Below, one piece after another: positions 13,829 to 27,397 of a DNA stretch of 64,000 nucleotides. Below the pieces are notes generated by a model. The model searched no databases. It saw only the letters and a program-made list of their open reading frames with translations, and was not told where the DNA came from. A program made the position numbers and the translations under genes. Position 1 is the first letter of the stretch, and each line of letters begins with the position of its first letter. Source of the DNA: Callorhinchus milii. Lineage: Eukaryota. The stretch spans positions 105,836,001-105,900,000 of the forward strand of contig NW_024704742.1 in the NCBI RefSeq assembly GCF_018977255.1, in the 5' to 3' direction.

Positions 13829-14054
13829 GTTGTTCGAATTTGGAATAATCTGCCTGAAAGGGTAGTGAAGTCCGATTCGATAACAGCTTTTAAGAGAGAA
13901 CTGGATCGGTATCTGGGGAAGACGGGTTTGCACGGTTATGGGGAGAAAACTGGTGATTGGGGTTAGTGAAAGTGACTTGCTCTGTCAAAGAGCCGGCACA
14001 GACTCGATGGGCCGAATGGCCTCCTTCTGTGCCGTAACATTCTATGAATCTATG
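13829..14054 (+). mobile_element. Young 5'-truncated CR1 3' end
   Basis: VVRIWNNLPERVV..GYGEK..W frame, then gatgggccgaatggcctcc and an attctatg tail; close to the copy at 41663-42289. Confidence 0.9.
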
Positions 14055-17000
14055 TGATTACATTTAGTTTTAAGCTGAAATATTAATAATTGCAGTGTGG
14101 AATATGTTTTTTTGACTGAAATTCCACTACTTCTTATCCAACTGCTTTTTATTACACTTCAAACCAAAATCGTTAAAATAATCACATTGAAACTTGATCA
14201 GAGTTGCATTGCGGCTTGTTTTAAGAAATGTTATTCAATATTGCTTTTACGCTCATATTTCAATTGCCATGTGTTTCACCATCCATTAGACGTTGGCACT
14301 TGAGTTATTTGGATTCATTTTTCTAACAAAATGAATGACAGCAAATGTAGCAGAGTCGTGCTGACTTTCTCACTGGGCTGTGTACATGATTTTTTGCTTT
14401 GCAAATTGAGAAAAATCACCCGAGGCTATCAGAATGGCACGTTATATTTACACAAATTAATCTTAAAGAAAACGTTCAATGTGAACATTCTCCACAGCAC
14501 CAGGCTGACATAAGATTTTAAATCCCAAATACATAGAGACAGCTGCCAGGACAGCCCAAAGAGCTACATTAAATGATGTTACAGTAATATAAAGAAAAGC
14601 TTTTGCAGAAACTGCAGGATATGCAACATACCTTTATCATGACTCTGTTGGTGTCCCCTTTTTGTTTTCTACATATAAGGACTAGTTATACGAACTATTT
14701 TAAAAAAACTTTGCATCATCACATCCAGTCACTTACAGACTCTTTTGCACTATTTCCTATTGTACTTCAGTTACAATTTCCTGCAGATCACAATTTGGGT
14801 TAGCAAATCAAGTTATATTTGCAGATTTTATGCAAACAGAGGCAAGCTCTGTTCAGGTCCTACGAGGAACTTGCAGTTTACAACTTTATTAAATCATTTT
14901 TAAACAATAAAGTATCCTGCATTTTCAAATTTAGATGTATTTTCTTGTTGCTGTTTATTAATTTCTATACTTATTCCCTGCATAGAATTACTTAGAATTA
15001 TTGAAATAAGCCATTCGGCCCAACTAGTCCATGCTGCTGTTTATACTTGACTTGTGGCTACTAATTCAATACACTTTTATTCCTTTTTCCTTATGTATGT
15101 TATAATATGACTGTTTATATTTTCTGCAGCAGCGTGATATTACTGAAGATCAAGTTTCCTGTTATGTTTTGTTTAGACCCCAGTTGGGATTCAAATTGTC
15201 AACTACACTAGCTAAGTATGTTAAAAATGAAAACTGCACATTCATAAATTTTAGATGTCTAAATGACTGTCCTAAATGTTTAAATGACTTCAAAAAATTT
15301 GGTTTTAGGATATTAGAATCACTGGAGGATTTATATCTTAATGTCAGCTACATTTAGACTTCTAAACCTGGGATAAAATGGAGCCTTTTTTAAAACTTGT
15401 GCTTCCTAGAGGTGTGAGTGTGTTTTGTGCCAGTGTGTCTGTCTTCGTGTACGTGAGAGATGCAATTTACGTTGTCTGTTTGTCTATGAATATTATTCCA
15501 TAATCTCAGCAAACTGAATATTCCTATTCAAATTGCAAGTGAAATCAATCAATGTTCTCCTTCCAACAACTCAGAGGTTTCTGAAAGTGGCCATGCTCAT
15601 TTCATAACTGTTTGCATGTCCAATTTGTACACTTGTAGGATATGTGTATCTGTTTTCATTAAACTTGGTACATGAACTACAATGGGGATTTCTCATGAAG
15701 TTGCCTGTACTAAAAATCTTCAATGTGGCTGTAATTGAAGAATCCAGTACAATGAAGTTGTGTTGTAGCATTTACATGATCTGTTGAATTTGATGGAAAA
15801 TAAGGGGAGAAGACTGTACTGAGTGTCATAATGTGTTATCGCACTGGGATCTGGATTTGAATCCAGCTCGGTCGCTTGACTGCCTGTCTGCCAGCTGTAA
15901 ATAGATTTTGGTAAGCATGCCTCTGGAAGTTGAGTCTGTAACACAACACTGACCATCAACATGCCACAAATTGGCAACTGCATTCATTCAGAAAGACAAC
16001 TGGGTTGAAAGTGGGAAAAATTTGCTTTGGTGCAGTAGAGAATTTTCTTGTAAAGTTGAGGCACACGGGGGTGGGGGGAAGGATTATTCTCCAATCCTCA
16101 TCAAATGTACCACTCTCAGAGGGCATGCAAATCTGCTTCCCCATTGGATAGTAAATGTTCCCTCTTTGCAGAATAAGTATAGTTTAGGAAACTCCCAGCT
16201 ATAAAAGGGAAGGACTTAAACAGTGGATGACGAGTTTTGATATGTTATAAATTGCATTAATACCCAAAATTGGTTGTGGACTACAAGATCTGTCTCATTA
16301 TTTAGAGCCTTTTTGAATGTACATAGTAATTAATCAGCATTACAGTGTTAATGGAACCAGAAGTATCTTGTCAGTCTGTACATCACTTCCAGCTGCTTTG
16401 CACAGCATTCAACCCCTGTGATATTAAAAGTACATCCACTATCTATGTCCAATATCACACCACTGTAAATTAGCATTGATTCACAGTCAGGCCAACAGTC
16501 TGCATGGTGCAGTGATTCACTTCAGTCTTAGTTTGGTTTGAAAAATCTCAGTTCCTGTTCCCAGGTTTAAAAAAATGTACAATTTCAAACAAACTACCAA
16601 AAGTGGCTAATGCCACTCCATTTATTACTCCAGCACTTGACACGGGTTGATAATAAAATGCCATCCGATGGGGACAAACAAAGCCTGGTTAGGGTGAGAA
16701 TGAATATTGAGAGCTATCATGTAATCCAGATTACCTACACCCAGATTAAACACAATCTCGAAATCTAGATCACTGAATCATAGAAATAGCAGCATAGAAA
16801 GAGTGCATTTGGCACCACACAGCTATTACCGGTTTCTCCACTGGAGTTATCAACTCTAATCCCAATTATACTCTCTTTCCCTATACCCATTTCATTTCAT
16901 TCTCTTCAAATATTTTTCCAGTCTCTAGGTTATGGTCTCAGCCTCAATTGTGGCAAAGCATTCCATGTTCTAATAGCCATCTGCAACAAAATGCTTCTTC

Positions 17001-18046
17001 TAACACCCCCTCCACTCTGTCAGCGAATTTATTCCACCTTTGTTGCTGATTTATCAACCAGTGAGGATTTTTTTTCATTATTAAGGGGATTTGTGAAGCT
17101 GTCTGATAGGATTTCTACAGCTTTTCCTTCATCCTTTCTTTAAGACCCTGACTCATCTTGAGGTGTGGTTCTATAATTTTTGAATGCTAGTATCTCGCCT
17201 GTTAGATCTGTGTATTCCACATTGGCTAGTATCAGCAGCAGGCCATGTAACCCCAGAGAGAGGTGGCATTGTAAGCCGTCACTGATACTGGCAGATAGAC
17301 AACCTGCTAAGTTCCACAGAGTTTGTGGTGGCTGTGCATTGTGAAGGCACCTATGTGATCCTCATCCAGATTTGTAAATGGTCGTGGAGGTTCCAGGTGA
17401 GAGTCTGGAGTCTATCTTTCTGCAGGTACACTGCCATCAAAAGGACTTTGAACCCAAATCCGCAGGTTGTGTTCCACAAAGTCATTGGATCCACTCACTT
17501 TGCTTGTCTAACAAGGCCCTTAGTGAATTGCAGCTTGAATATTAAGTATATTTGTATTGCTAAATGCAGATTTGCACCGAGCTTATGAATTTCCAGGGAC
17601 TCCAAAGCTATTTCTGACTTGCTTTCTAAAAGACAATTGAGGTTGTGAAATTATAATTGGCTAGTCAGTGATAAATTGGAACAAACGCTTGAGGTCATTG
17701 CTTGCATGGTACGTCTTAACAGTGAGAAGGAGAGCACAGATATCTGGAGTTCAGCTTGAAGCTTTCATCTGAATTGTTATCTTTCAGGGTTAGACTTGGT
17801 ATTGACAGGTTGGATTCCTTTCTGAGAGAGGCCTGATCTCTCCACAGAGCAGGTTAATGGGGAACAGAGCCTGACAAAGACTGATTGATCCAGTCTCAAA
17901 GAAGGAGTCTCGAGAAATGTAGTTCACTTATTCTCAATGTTAGCCTACTGAAGCACTGTAATAATGCCTAATATTCGGTTTAGACAATGTTAGGGAGCAG
18001 CCCTTTTGTGACTGTTTTTATAATCTTTTTTTTACCTTCTGTTTTT

Positions 18047-18110
18047 GAAGCGCCTTGGGACGTCCTCCCGATGTGAAAGGCGCTATACAAATGTAATCTT
18101 CTTGTTGTTG
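18047..18110 (+). mobile_element. Isolated L2 3' tail (also 58655-58746 and 59385-59491)
   Basis: gcgccttgggacgtcctcccga.gtgaaaggcgctatacaaatgtaatctt plus (gtt)n, same as the end of the L2 at 35279-35910; contains the terminal stem gcgcctt/aaggcgc. Confidence 0.85.
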
Positions 18111-19716
18111 AAATAATTTTTTTTTTCTAAAGTCACGTCTACTAACATTTGCTTTGTGTGAAAACTAACGGTGGCACATTATTGACTTATTTAATCTGTA
18201 TGTTTAGCTATTTCAGAAGTTCCTGTGTCGCTTCCTCATATCAGCATGTCTCTTCCTTTTTTACATCTGATTCCTTCACTTCATTTTCTCTGTGCACATT
18301 TTCTTTCAGACCTATATTCTTTTTGTCATCTCTAATGACTCAAATCGTTTTTTTTCCAGTACCATCAACATACTTTTCCCTTGCCATCACTCTCTCAGCC
18401 TATAAATCTCAAGTATACACTGGATATATACATATATATAAGGCTATTGTGTTCCTTTCCTTGCAAGCCAATGATTCCTGTATGCAAGCAGAACGGCTGC
18501 AGTGAGCTGTCAAAGTAACGAAGCATATTTGAATTTTTGGAACAAAGATGTTTCTGGACAGTTCCAGAAGTGCAATCCTCATATAAAAGCTTTTATGTAA
18601 ACGTTCTACTTTTGAAATTGTCCAGGCACATACACATATATTTAAAAATATACATTTTATTTAGCTCGTGTCTTTCCAATGGCATCAGTTCAGGCTGTTT
18701 TATGTTGCCAGCAAACTTCCTTTCCATCTCTCCTTCAGGACAGTATAGCACCTTTCACTTTCTGAAGTTCTCCCCATCTCTATAGAACCCTGTCTGGTTC
18801 TATGTGTATGGGTGGGGAGGTCATTAGCAATTCTTTATCTCTTCTAATTTCCTTTATCTCCTAAAGTCTAAAAATGTTATATATAAATATATATATTACG
18901 CTGTACATATACTAAAAAGGGTATATGTGAGAAATACTGAGAATATCAGGTATTGTCTAACCTGCACCCAGAATCTGTGAAAGTTGGCTTTTATTAGATT
19001 TCCTGTGGACAACTAAATAGTCCCTTAGCTCCACACAAGGCTGCTTGTAATATAGGGAGAACGAGGCTCACAGGAAAGTGGTCATTTCCTGTCTGTAACC
19101 ACAAACCTCAAACAATGTGCTCTAATAGCACGTTCCGCGTTTTCATTTAGTGCTGGAGGAGGCAGTTCTTAGTGCAGTGATTTAGTGGGAGCTTTGAGCC
19201 AAGCGTATGTTCCAAAAGGAGATTTGTTACAAGGATTATACATCTTGAAGTGTTTATGTGGAGTGAGTGACACTTGAAGGAAAAACAACTCAAGGAACCA
19301 ATTCCGCCAAAGTGTTCCACTCTTTATTTTGCATCATTAAAATAACACTACATTACGTTTGTGGATCACAGATCTTCTAAAACATTTTGCTTTTTCATTA
19401 GAGCATCAAATATCATGAATTAAAACTTTCAGTCATAGAGCAATATATTTGGCTGGAAATATCGCTGTATTATGTTTAGTAATATGCTCATCATGTTACT
19501 GCAAAGCTTGTTCATATATTTACATTCAGCATAGTGCAGAGTTTCTTTAAGGACAGTGTGTATTACTTCATTTTTGTCATGGATGTAATTACAGATTTCA
19601 GATACTATGCTTTACAATGTTAAGACGTAATGCTTTTTTTTGTGAGGAGAATATGGTTTGGGGTGCAGCGGAGTGAGCACTGATCTCATTTATCGATTTC
19701 TCTTCGTATTTTACAG

Positions 19717-19782
19717 CTTCAGCTATCCCAGATAATGGAAAGAAGACTTGTTTAAAACTCAAAGTCCTTGTGCGACAATCAA
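19717..19782 (+). CDS. efna5: Ephrin-A5 coding exon 3
   Basis: Acceptor tcttcgtattttacag|, donor A|gtaagt; 66 bp, phase 1-1. Encodes (S)SAIPDNGKKTCLKLKVLVRQS, matching ephrin-A5 SSAIPDNG..CLKLKV.VR. Too short for the ORF track. Confidence 0.95.
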
Positions 19783-20156
19783 GTAAGTGACTTGCACTGG
19801 GGTTCAAAAGCTAGCATTAAAGCGCATGCTTTATACAGTAGTGTAAACAGTGGTAAATTACTTTTCTTTTGAACCGTGTAATCTCGTGTGGTATCTGTTC
19901 TGCACACCACATTTTTGTGGTTTGGTTTTCATCGTATTCCTTTTTCTTATCATTCTCCACTGAGCTTTTACAGCAGTTGCTAACTTGTTGTTTCTGCGAG
20001 TATTCCTGGTTAAAACAAATGGACGAATGCAACCGCACTTTTGGCTTGTACATAAAGTGCACGTGCAAAAAGTGGGAAAAAAAAGGAGAAAGAACAAAAG
20101 GGAAATAAACAATGTCACACTAACATATTTGGCTATTATTTCTATTTTTGTTATAG

Positions 20157-20237
20157 ACAGCTGTTCGAAAACTGTAGGTGTACATGAAAGTGTTTTCGAT
20201 CCTAACGACAGAGTAGACAGTTCATTAGAACCAGCAG
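20157..20237 (+). CDS. efna5: Ephrin-A5 coding exon 4 (81-bp symmetric cassette exon)
   Basis: Acceptor tttttgttatag|, donor G|gttagt; phase 1-1. Encodes (N)SCSKTVGVHESVFDPNDRVDSSLEPA. Branch-point-like ACTAAC at 20119-20124. Confidence 0.94.
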
Positions 20238-23079
20238 GTTAGTATGCTTAGAGATACTTTTAACAAGTGCGTCTCTCCCCTCTTTCTTCTATCCAGTAAT
20301 TGAACAGTCTGCATGCCCTGCATGGGTTCAATGTTGAAACCTTTTTTTAATTCCCCCCCTCCTCCCCCACCCCCCCGCCTCCCGATGGTGATATCCTTGT
20401 TAACGTTCTCTGTGTATATTGCAACAGAATGATGCAATAACCTTTTTGCATGGTGTGCCAGATTTGTTACTGCTGTTAGCTGAAGGCATGTTTTTAAATA
20501 AAATAATTTGAGTCTTTATGAAAATGGATGTTCTGCCTAATACATGTGATGTATTGAGACAGTATATCCAGTTAATGCAATATTTCTATTGCCCATTAAT
20601 TTTTTTACTTGTTGGCTTTGCATTTTGTTTAAAATAAAAAACTTAAAAATATGCCTGACTAAATAAAGGAAGATGATCATCCAGTCTCACTTAGTGCTTT
20701 AAACTTCTTAACAAATGATGAAAACTGAAGCATGCAACTAACCAATTTTGCAATTGATATGTTGGGGAGGGGGGAGTATTTCTAAAACTGAAGGGGGTTG
20801 CATACAGCTCTCATGTGCTATGTAGATAGTGTGTTCATGATGATATTGTCAGTTTATGCACAATATCGTCACATTATCCACCTCAGTTTGGTGGATTTCC
20901 TGTCTGCCTATTTCAGTGCCCTGAACAAAAATACTAAGTCAATCTTTTGGAGCATATTGACATGTCTCTGTATTTTAATGGGTCCTTTTCATTAAAGTCT
21001 GCCACCAACATTTATGTCTCTTGAGTGTATATGATTTTATTAGCTACCCACTGTTGCTGCTGATATTTTAGCAAATGCAACATAAAAAATGAAGACCCAC
21101 TGTTGTCATTTTTTTTCCTGAGTGGCACAGTGAGTTTGACCTCCAAGCTTGAAAACTGAGTTTGAATCCAGTCCACAATGATGGAATCAAACTCTGTTCC
21201 TTTACACTTGACATTTGTGCCCAATTATCTATGAATACGAATCTAGGACTAAACTTAAATGACCTGCAATTTAGTGTAATTGTACACAATGCTTTTTTGA
21301 ATACAGTACAATTTGTATTGGATTTTTCTTATCATCTTGTCCAAACTTCATTTGTTTTTTTACTCTAATTGTATCTGGTATCTGTTTTGTACACAATTTG
21401 TTTTAGTGTAATTGGCATTGTATTTCCTTATAATCTTGTCCAAACCAAATTCTCCCCCCATCTCTTACCCGGAAGAGTGTCAATTGAAAGCTATCCTCCA
21501 GGGTCTGATAGTATGTGGAAATATCTAAGTCACCCTTTTTCTTTTAAAAATATATCCATTTGTCTTACTTAAGACTGTCAACCACAATGATAATAAATCC
21601 GTACATCATGGAAATTCATCCCCATTTCCTATGCAAAATTTGTAAACTCGAGTTTACATCAACAAAATGAATACAATTGGCTTCTGAGCTACATCAAAGA
21701 TAGGAGTCCACAGTTTTGTATCTCAGGGAACAAAAGATTATAATTTGGAATAACAAGACAAGATGTCCACACCTTATCCCTGAAAAACTAGACTGTTACG
21801 TATTGGAATATGTTGTGGCTTCTGGCACTGTGCAGACTTGCTCTGAAATTTTAGTGATCATTTTACTCAAATTAAACAACATTGACAAATACCAGTAAAC
21901 AAACTGAAGTAGTTGTCAAAAGCAAGGATTACTAGTAATTGTTCTCCTTTATTGGTGTGCAATGTGAATGTGAAATCCTATTTAACATTCAAAGATGCCT
22001 CACTGACTGATGTTATGGACAGAGATTTCATTGTCCAAAGGAGGAGAGGGGGGGGATTCAAATTTTAAGTTTTTCCAACTGCTATTTGTATATATTTAAG
22101 AACGAAAACATTCCCTCCTCCTCCCAAGAACCAATAAATAATGGGCTTTGATTCAGAGACCAGAGACAAAACAGTAAACAGATACCACACTAACATTACT
22201 TTCTGGGACTGCAGAGGAATTAAGAGTGTCTTTTTTCGTTGCAAAGAATTTACAGCCAGTAATTTAGGTTGTATCTTCTGTGCAAAGAATGGAGAATATT
22301 TATATTATTCCTCGTAACTAACCGCGTCTGGTAGGATAAATGCACTCCCTTTGCAATTTTGCCCTTGCCAGTTTCTGGAAAAATATAGTTCATTGTGATT
22401 GCATTAGTAGTAACTCATTGAGGTGTTCTCTTAGTTGTCTCCTCAATTCAATACAATTTTTTGTAAAGTAGAAAACAACAACAACTTGCATTTATATAGC
22501 GCCCTCCACGCCGGGCAGCATTTCAGAGCGCTTAACAATGGTGGAGCTCAATGCCGAGTTGGGAGAGGGGAAGGTGGCCACAGGCATGGTCAAACAGGAA
22601 GGTCTTCAGGCGCAACCCGAAACTGTATAGTTTCAGTAAACAAACCGCATAGAATTTGTTTTAAATATTATCAGTAATAATACCTAAAGACTTGCCTAAT
22701 GTACTAAGTTCACGGTTCAGCACGATTTTGGAAGAGTTGCTATTAAAAAGCTTTCCTAACTATTTTTGATCAGAAAACCAGCTATCAATATTGATCATTA
22801 CATGTATTTTTTGTAAACAAAAGGAAAATTGCACCAATCATTACTTGTATTAGTCCATGAGAAGCATATACTAAATGCAAGCATTATTATGACTTAACAG
22901 CCTAAATATTCTCTTGTTTAAAATAGTTTAAGCCCCCTTGTTATCAGTGTTATCACCTAACACTCCTTTTCTGCATGAAGCTGTATTGATTTATTTTCCC
23001 ATTTGATTTAATTAATGTCAGAATGGCCTGTTTCTTTTTAAAATTACGGAAATGTAAAACTTAACACTCATTCCCTGGG

Positions 23080-23230
23080 TGTTCTTTGGGACATTGCTGT
23101 GCGCAACTGGTTGCTGCATTTTACCCACAAATACACGTCGATCACTTTACAATATATGCTGCGAAGCGCTTTGAGAGGTCTCAACGACGTGGTAAGGTGC
23201 TATATCAAATGCAAGGATTGTTCTTATTAG
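23080..23230 (+). mobile_element. SINE 3' half with L2-type tail (other copies 30155-30320 -, 36210-36355 +, 56190-56300 +, 56810-56975 +)
   Basis: tgggacattgctgtgcgcaa.tggttgctgc..cccacaaatacac..aagcgctttgaga..aaggtgctatatcaaatgcaagg recurs across the window. Confidence 0.8.
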
Positions 23231-23403
23231 GATTAAAAAAAAAACTAACACAGATTGTTAAGGCGCATGATGACAGCTTGGCAGTGAAATAGTTTTGCCC
23301 AAGGAGCGTGCCTGTGCTGTGACTGAAGGACCGAAGGTTATATTTTTTGACTTGTCTTTTGCTGAAACCGCACTGTCTTCTCTCTCTACTCCCATTTGCA
23401 CAG

Positions 23404-23525
23404 ATGACACCATCCATGAAGCTGAGCCATCCCGCAGTGAGCATGATGCAGCTCCAGCAGCGAGGATATCCCAGCTACTTTTGACCACTTCACTGTTTCT
23501 TTGCGTGACGCTTTTGACATTGTAG
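23404..23525 (+). CDS. efna5: Ephrin-A5 terminal coding exon 5 with GPI-anchor signal and stop
   Basis: Polypyrimidine tract then cag| at 23403. Encodes (D)DTIHEAEPSRSEHDAAPAARISQLLLTTSLFLCVTLLTL-TAG; hydrophobic C-terminus typical of GPI-linked A-class ephrins. Confidence 0.95.
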
Positions 23526-26029
23526 TGCTCGGAATCCAAGGAACCTCGGACAGAGCATGGTCGGATCTCCAAACATCGTGGGTCCTGTAACTGCTCCATT
23601 GAAGAGGGGGACATTCAGTGTATTCCAGACATAAGATTTATATTCTGTCAGGAGAGTAGAGAGCAATTCAAGAGGGATGATATATCCAAACTGATAAACC
23701 CCCCAAAAATGCCAAATTATATTTTGAGACTAATGATTCTTATTTTCCTGCACGTTCCTTCTTTTTGTAAAAAAAAATACCCCTAGGTGGCTTAGCACTC
23801 GTCATCCAAGTGCAGACGAGAAACAATAGTGGCAGATGAGGTCACTGAAGAATAAGGAAATTGAACACAAGCCCAAGAGGGGTTTACTACTCCATGCAAT
23901 ATTTATACCTTCTCACTCAGTACCGTAAGATGATCACGCAAGGCATCGTATCACCATGTCTTGAGGGAACTGGAGGGAAGATATTACGAATAGATATAAC
24001 CCCATCTCTCGGGAGTTTATAATTGAACACGTGTCTCTGAAGGGAGAGTCCCTAAACTGGTGCAGTCACTGACACGGTCTGTAGTACAGTATTTTGTGTT
24101 TTGAACACCTTTCCTCTGTATCATTAGTCTACAAGCGGGGCTTTGTGTTTTTGTAGAAAGTGTGTGTACACTCAGTAATGTCTGAAATGAATGGGAAACA
24201 CTGCGTAAGTGAGGAATGGGTCAGTTAGCGGTAGACTACCAGCTTTTTACAGGACAATGTGAAACAGGGGTTAAAATGTAGATTAGAAATGCTGTTTCTT
24301 TTTGTAATTGTGGGCTACTTTTCACGTGTTAAAAGATCGATTCTGGGGCACTACAGACAACCGTTTTTACTTGCAGTTTCAACACCCATGTTCCACGATT
24401 GAAAAACAAACGAACTGAGAATGTAAAAATACTGCATTTTTTTTATTTCCTGAAAAAACTGGATTAGAATCAACTGCAAGTTGTTATCATTGCTTTTTTC
24501 TGGACTGTTATACAGTATATAAAAAAAACTAACTTGATTCTTTTGCACAAGATTCATTTCTGACCATTTAATTTGCTCCATGAGATTTGTGATACATTGT
24601 AATCTACATTTGGTTCATTTTTACACAGTTATATCACATACTTTCCAGGACTGTAATAAGAACTGGGAACAATGCAGGACATTGAACAACACACACTTTA
24701 TGTGTTTTTTTAAAAAATTGACAGCAAGCAGGGAAATAAGGATCAGTGTGTTCAGTGGATACTGTGTATCCTGTAATAGTCCATAACATTTAGTGTCAGT
24801 TTAGTGCATTGATTTGTCCCTTCTTGGGGGGCAAAAGGAAAAAAAAATAATACATTGTTTAAATTCTGTATTATTAGCAACCTATGTTGTAAATAGTGTT
24901 TGATAAAGTATTAATTCGATTCTTACATCTTTTATAATTGAATACAGTAGAATTTCTGGATTCGATTAAGCTGTTTAAACTTACTGATCTACGTTGGGAT
25001 GGAAGAGGATGATATTAGGACAGTGTTGATATACTATAGCGCCTTCAGACTGTAGTGTAAGCACTGCGGAGTGCTATAAACATTGAAATAGGCGCTGCCT
25101 GCAGACTGCGTTGCGTCTATAATTGGTGGATAGAGGGGAGCAAAACAGCGATTAGATATTTGTGATATTCAACTCAATGTGTTTGGAGCAATGAGCAATC
25201 CCAAACACGGATCCCCTAGGAAAAGAGGCATGTTGGCCCCCTGAAAGTCGATTGATTTGTGTTCCTGATTTTTTCCCATGGTTTTAAGTGAATATTTTAA
25301 TGGGAAGGTCTTGCCAGTATCATTGTGGCATGCGCATGGATTTGAGTAAGAAAACAAAAGTTTGTCAGTATAGTTTTGTAAATTTTTGTCAACTGTTTTA
25401 TTTTCCCCTTTGTGTGTAAACAGCTAATTACAACAGAAAGAGGGTTGAACACCTGTCTACAACTTATACACTCTTCACTCATATTACCTACTGTATGGAA
25501 TAGAATTGGTCCTATAAATTTTAGAAGCTTTGAAATTAATCCACTCCCCTTTTATTCACTCCACGTAGATCAGCTGTTCCCTGCTTTCATTCATGCCTTC
25601 ATTGAGTGGTGAATGGGTAAATCTGTTCTGTTTGGCAACTCAAAGTTTTTCCCATGCATTAGCCCCCAAACTGCTCTGATGCGAGACGAATCTTCCTACA
25701 ATAGCATTGCTGCCATTGTCTGTACAGTTTAATAGATGCTGGCATGTTGAAGGTTACTCATGGAGTCTGCTAAATCTGTTGTAGATGCTTACTCTTGACA
25801 CTCCGTTAGAGCCAATCATTGTGTGTGCGTCTGGATATCAGTCCAGCTCATTGTTGTCCTGTGCCTGTACTGCCCTGCTCAAGAACCGCTTGAATTGCAG
25901 TTTCTTTGCACTTATTGAGGAGTGCTTTTTTGACTTGCTTATAAGAGGGAAAAAACCCTATGGTCTGCTGCCATGTGGATACTCTATACATCTGTTTTGT
26001 ATATACACGTGACTGAGCAACTATACATA

Positions 26030-26035
26030 AATAAA
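26030..26035 (+). terminator. Candidate proximal polyadenylation signal
   Basis: AATAAA with upstream TGTATATA and a downstream GT/T-rich tract (gaatgttttgtgtctttgg). Confidence 0.5.
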
Positions 26036-27391
26036 ACTAAAGATGTTCATCATTATAAATGGTATGAATGTTTTGTGTCTTTGGTCATTAAAATTTTGGA
26101 GATGTACTTTAAAAGCTCATTAATCTGCGTGTCTCATTCTCGATATTTTAACATGGGAAAAGTAGTGTAGATTTTTTTTGGCAATTTGTGTGAATAGGAA
26201 ATTGCACAGGTAGTTTGGAGTAGTGCAATACATGTTTTGTACAAACTAAACTCTGTCAAACTTGGCTAAATGTGACATTAGAACAAAAATCATGCATTGC
26301 TTGATTGCCACAGCCACCTCAGTGGCTGGAGGCTAAATCTAATCTCTAACCTCATGCACATTGTAGAGTTCAGCCCTGTCACCTCCTCCAGTAATAAAGA
26401 AACATCATGGTCAAAAGCAATCCTTTTCTGAAAATCCTTGTGACAAAACAAATTGTACAAAAGTCGTTTTTTATTTAAAAAAACAATCAAAACTACACTG
26501 TGCGTAAGGAGACTAGGAACAAGGGGTTGGATGGCACAGTGGCTCTTTCCCCGAGTCCTGCTCAAACTGATGGGGTTAATGTCTCCTCCACAGATTTCTG
26601 GAGACTGACTGGGTTCTACCTGAAGTGAGTTGGAAACCACTTCAACCAATTTTCTGGACGGCCCAGTTTCACAGTACAAACTGCCCACGCTTTGGGACAA
26701 TTTAACCCATGGCAAATTCATTCAGTGAGGCCATGGAATGGCTGGTGTGGGAAATTGAAAGAAAAACAAGCGGTGCCATTGGAGTTACTGTTGAGTTGAG
26801 GCATGGGCTTAGGTACATTTTGGGGGCAGAATAGAGGTGGATTATTATGGAATCTGTTCAATACCTGATCTGGGAGTATTTGATCGTGAATAGGGATACC
26901 CAATTTTTTTTAACGAAAGTGGTTCATTACCAAACACTAAGATCCATCACCTTTGATATCCAGGCAAAAATATTAGACAAGATGAGCATGGTGATTGTTA
27001 GAAACTCTCTCAGAATGTATAAACATTCAAATTGTTTATACATCTCATATTATACATTCATCATAAGTGTATTGTTATGATAATTTATAAACTCTGATTT
27101 GATTTTGATATTGTATGACAAAAAAATGAGCTACTGAAATTGTATCCTGTTGCAGTCGCATAACGAGAAAGTTATAATACATTAAAATTGTAAGATTAAT
27201 CTTTAACACCTGTCTCGCTTCTCACAAAAAACGTGGTTGCTTTGTAGTATACTATATTGCAGTTTCATTTTTTATATATATTTTCTGGTTGTAATGCTTT
27301 GCAATTAATGTATAAATCAAATCTTCACTGATGTGATTCAAATACTCCAGTGTTCAGAGAAATTAATGCAGTTTGTCCTTTTCAATTTGCC

Positions 27392-27397
27392 AATAAA
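27392..27397 (+). terminator. Candidate distal polyadenylation signal
   Basis: AATAAA with several upstream TGTA motifs and downstream ttcgttctttgcttt. Confidence 0.5.

Noticed and set aside
19985..20156. Upstream portion of the 85-aa ORF
   Set aside because: Intron 3 sequence in frame with exon 4; no ephrin similarity.
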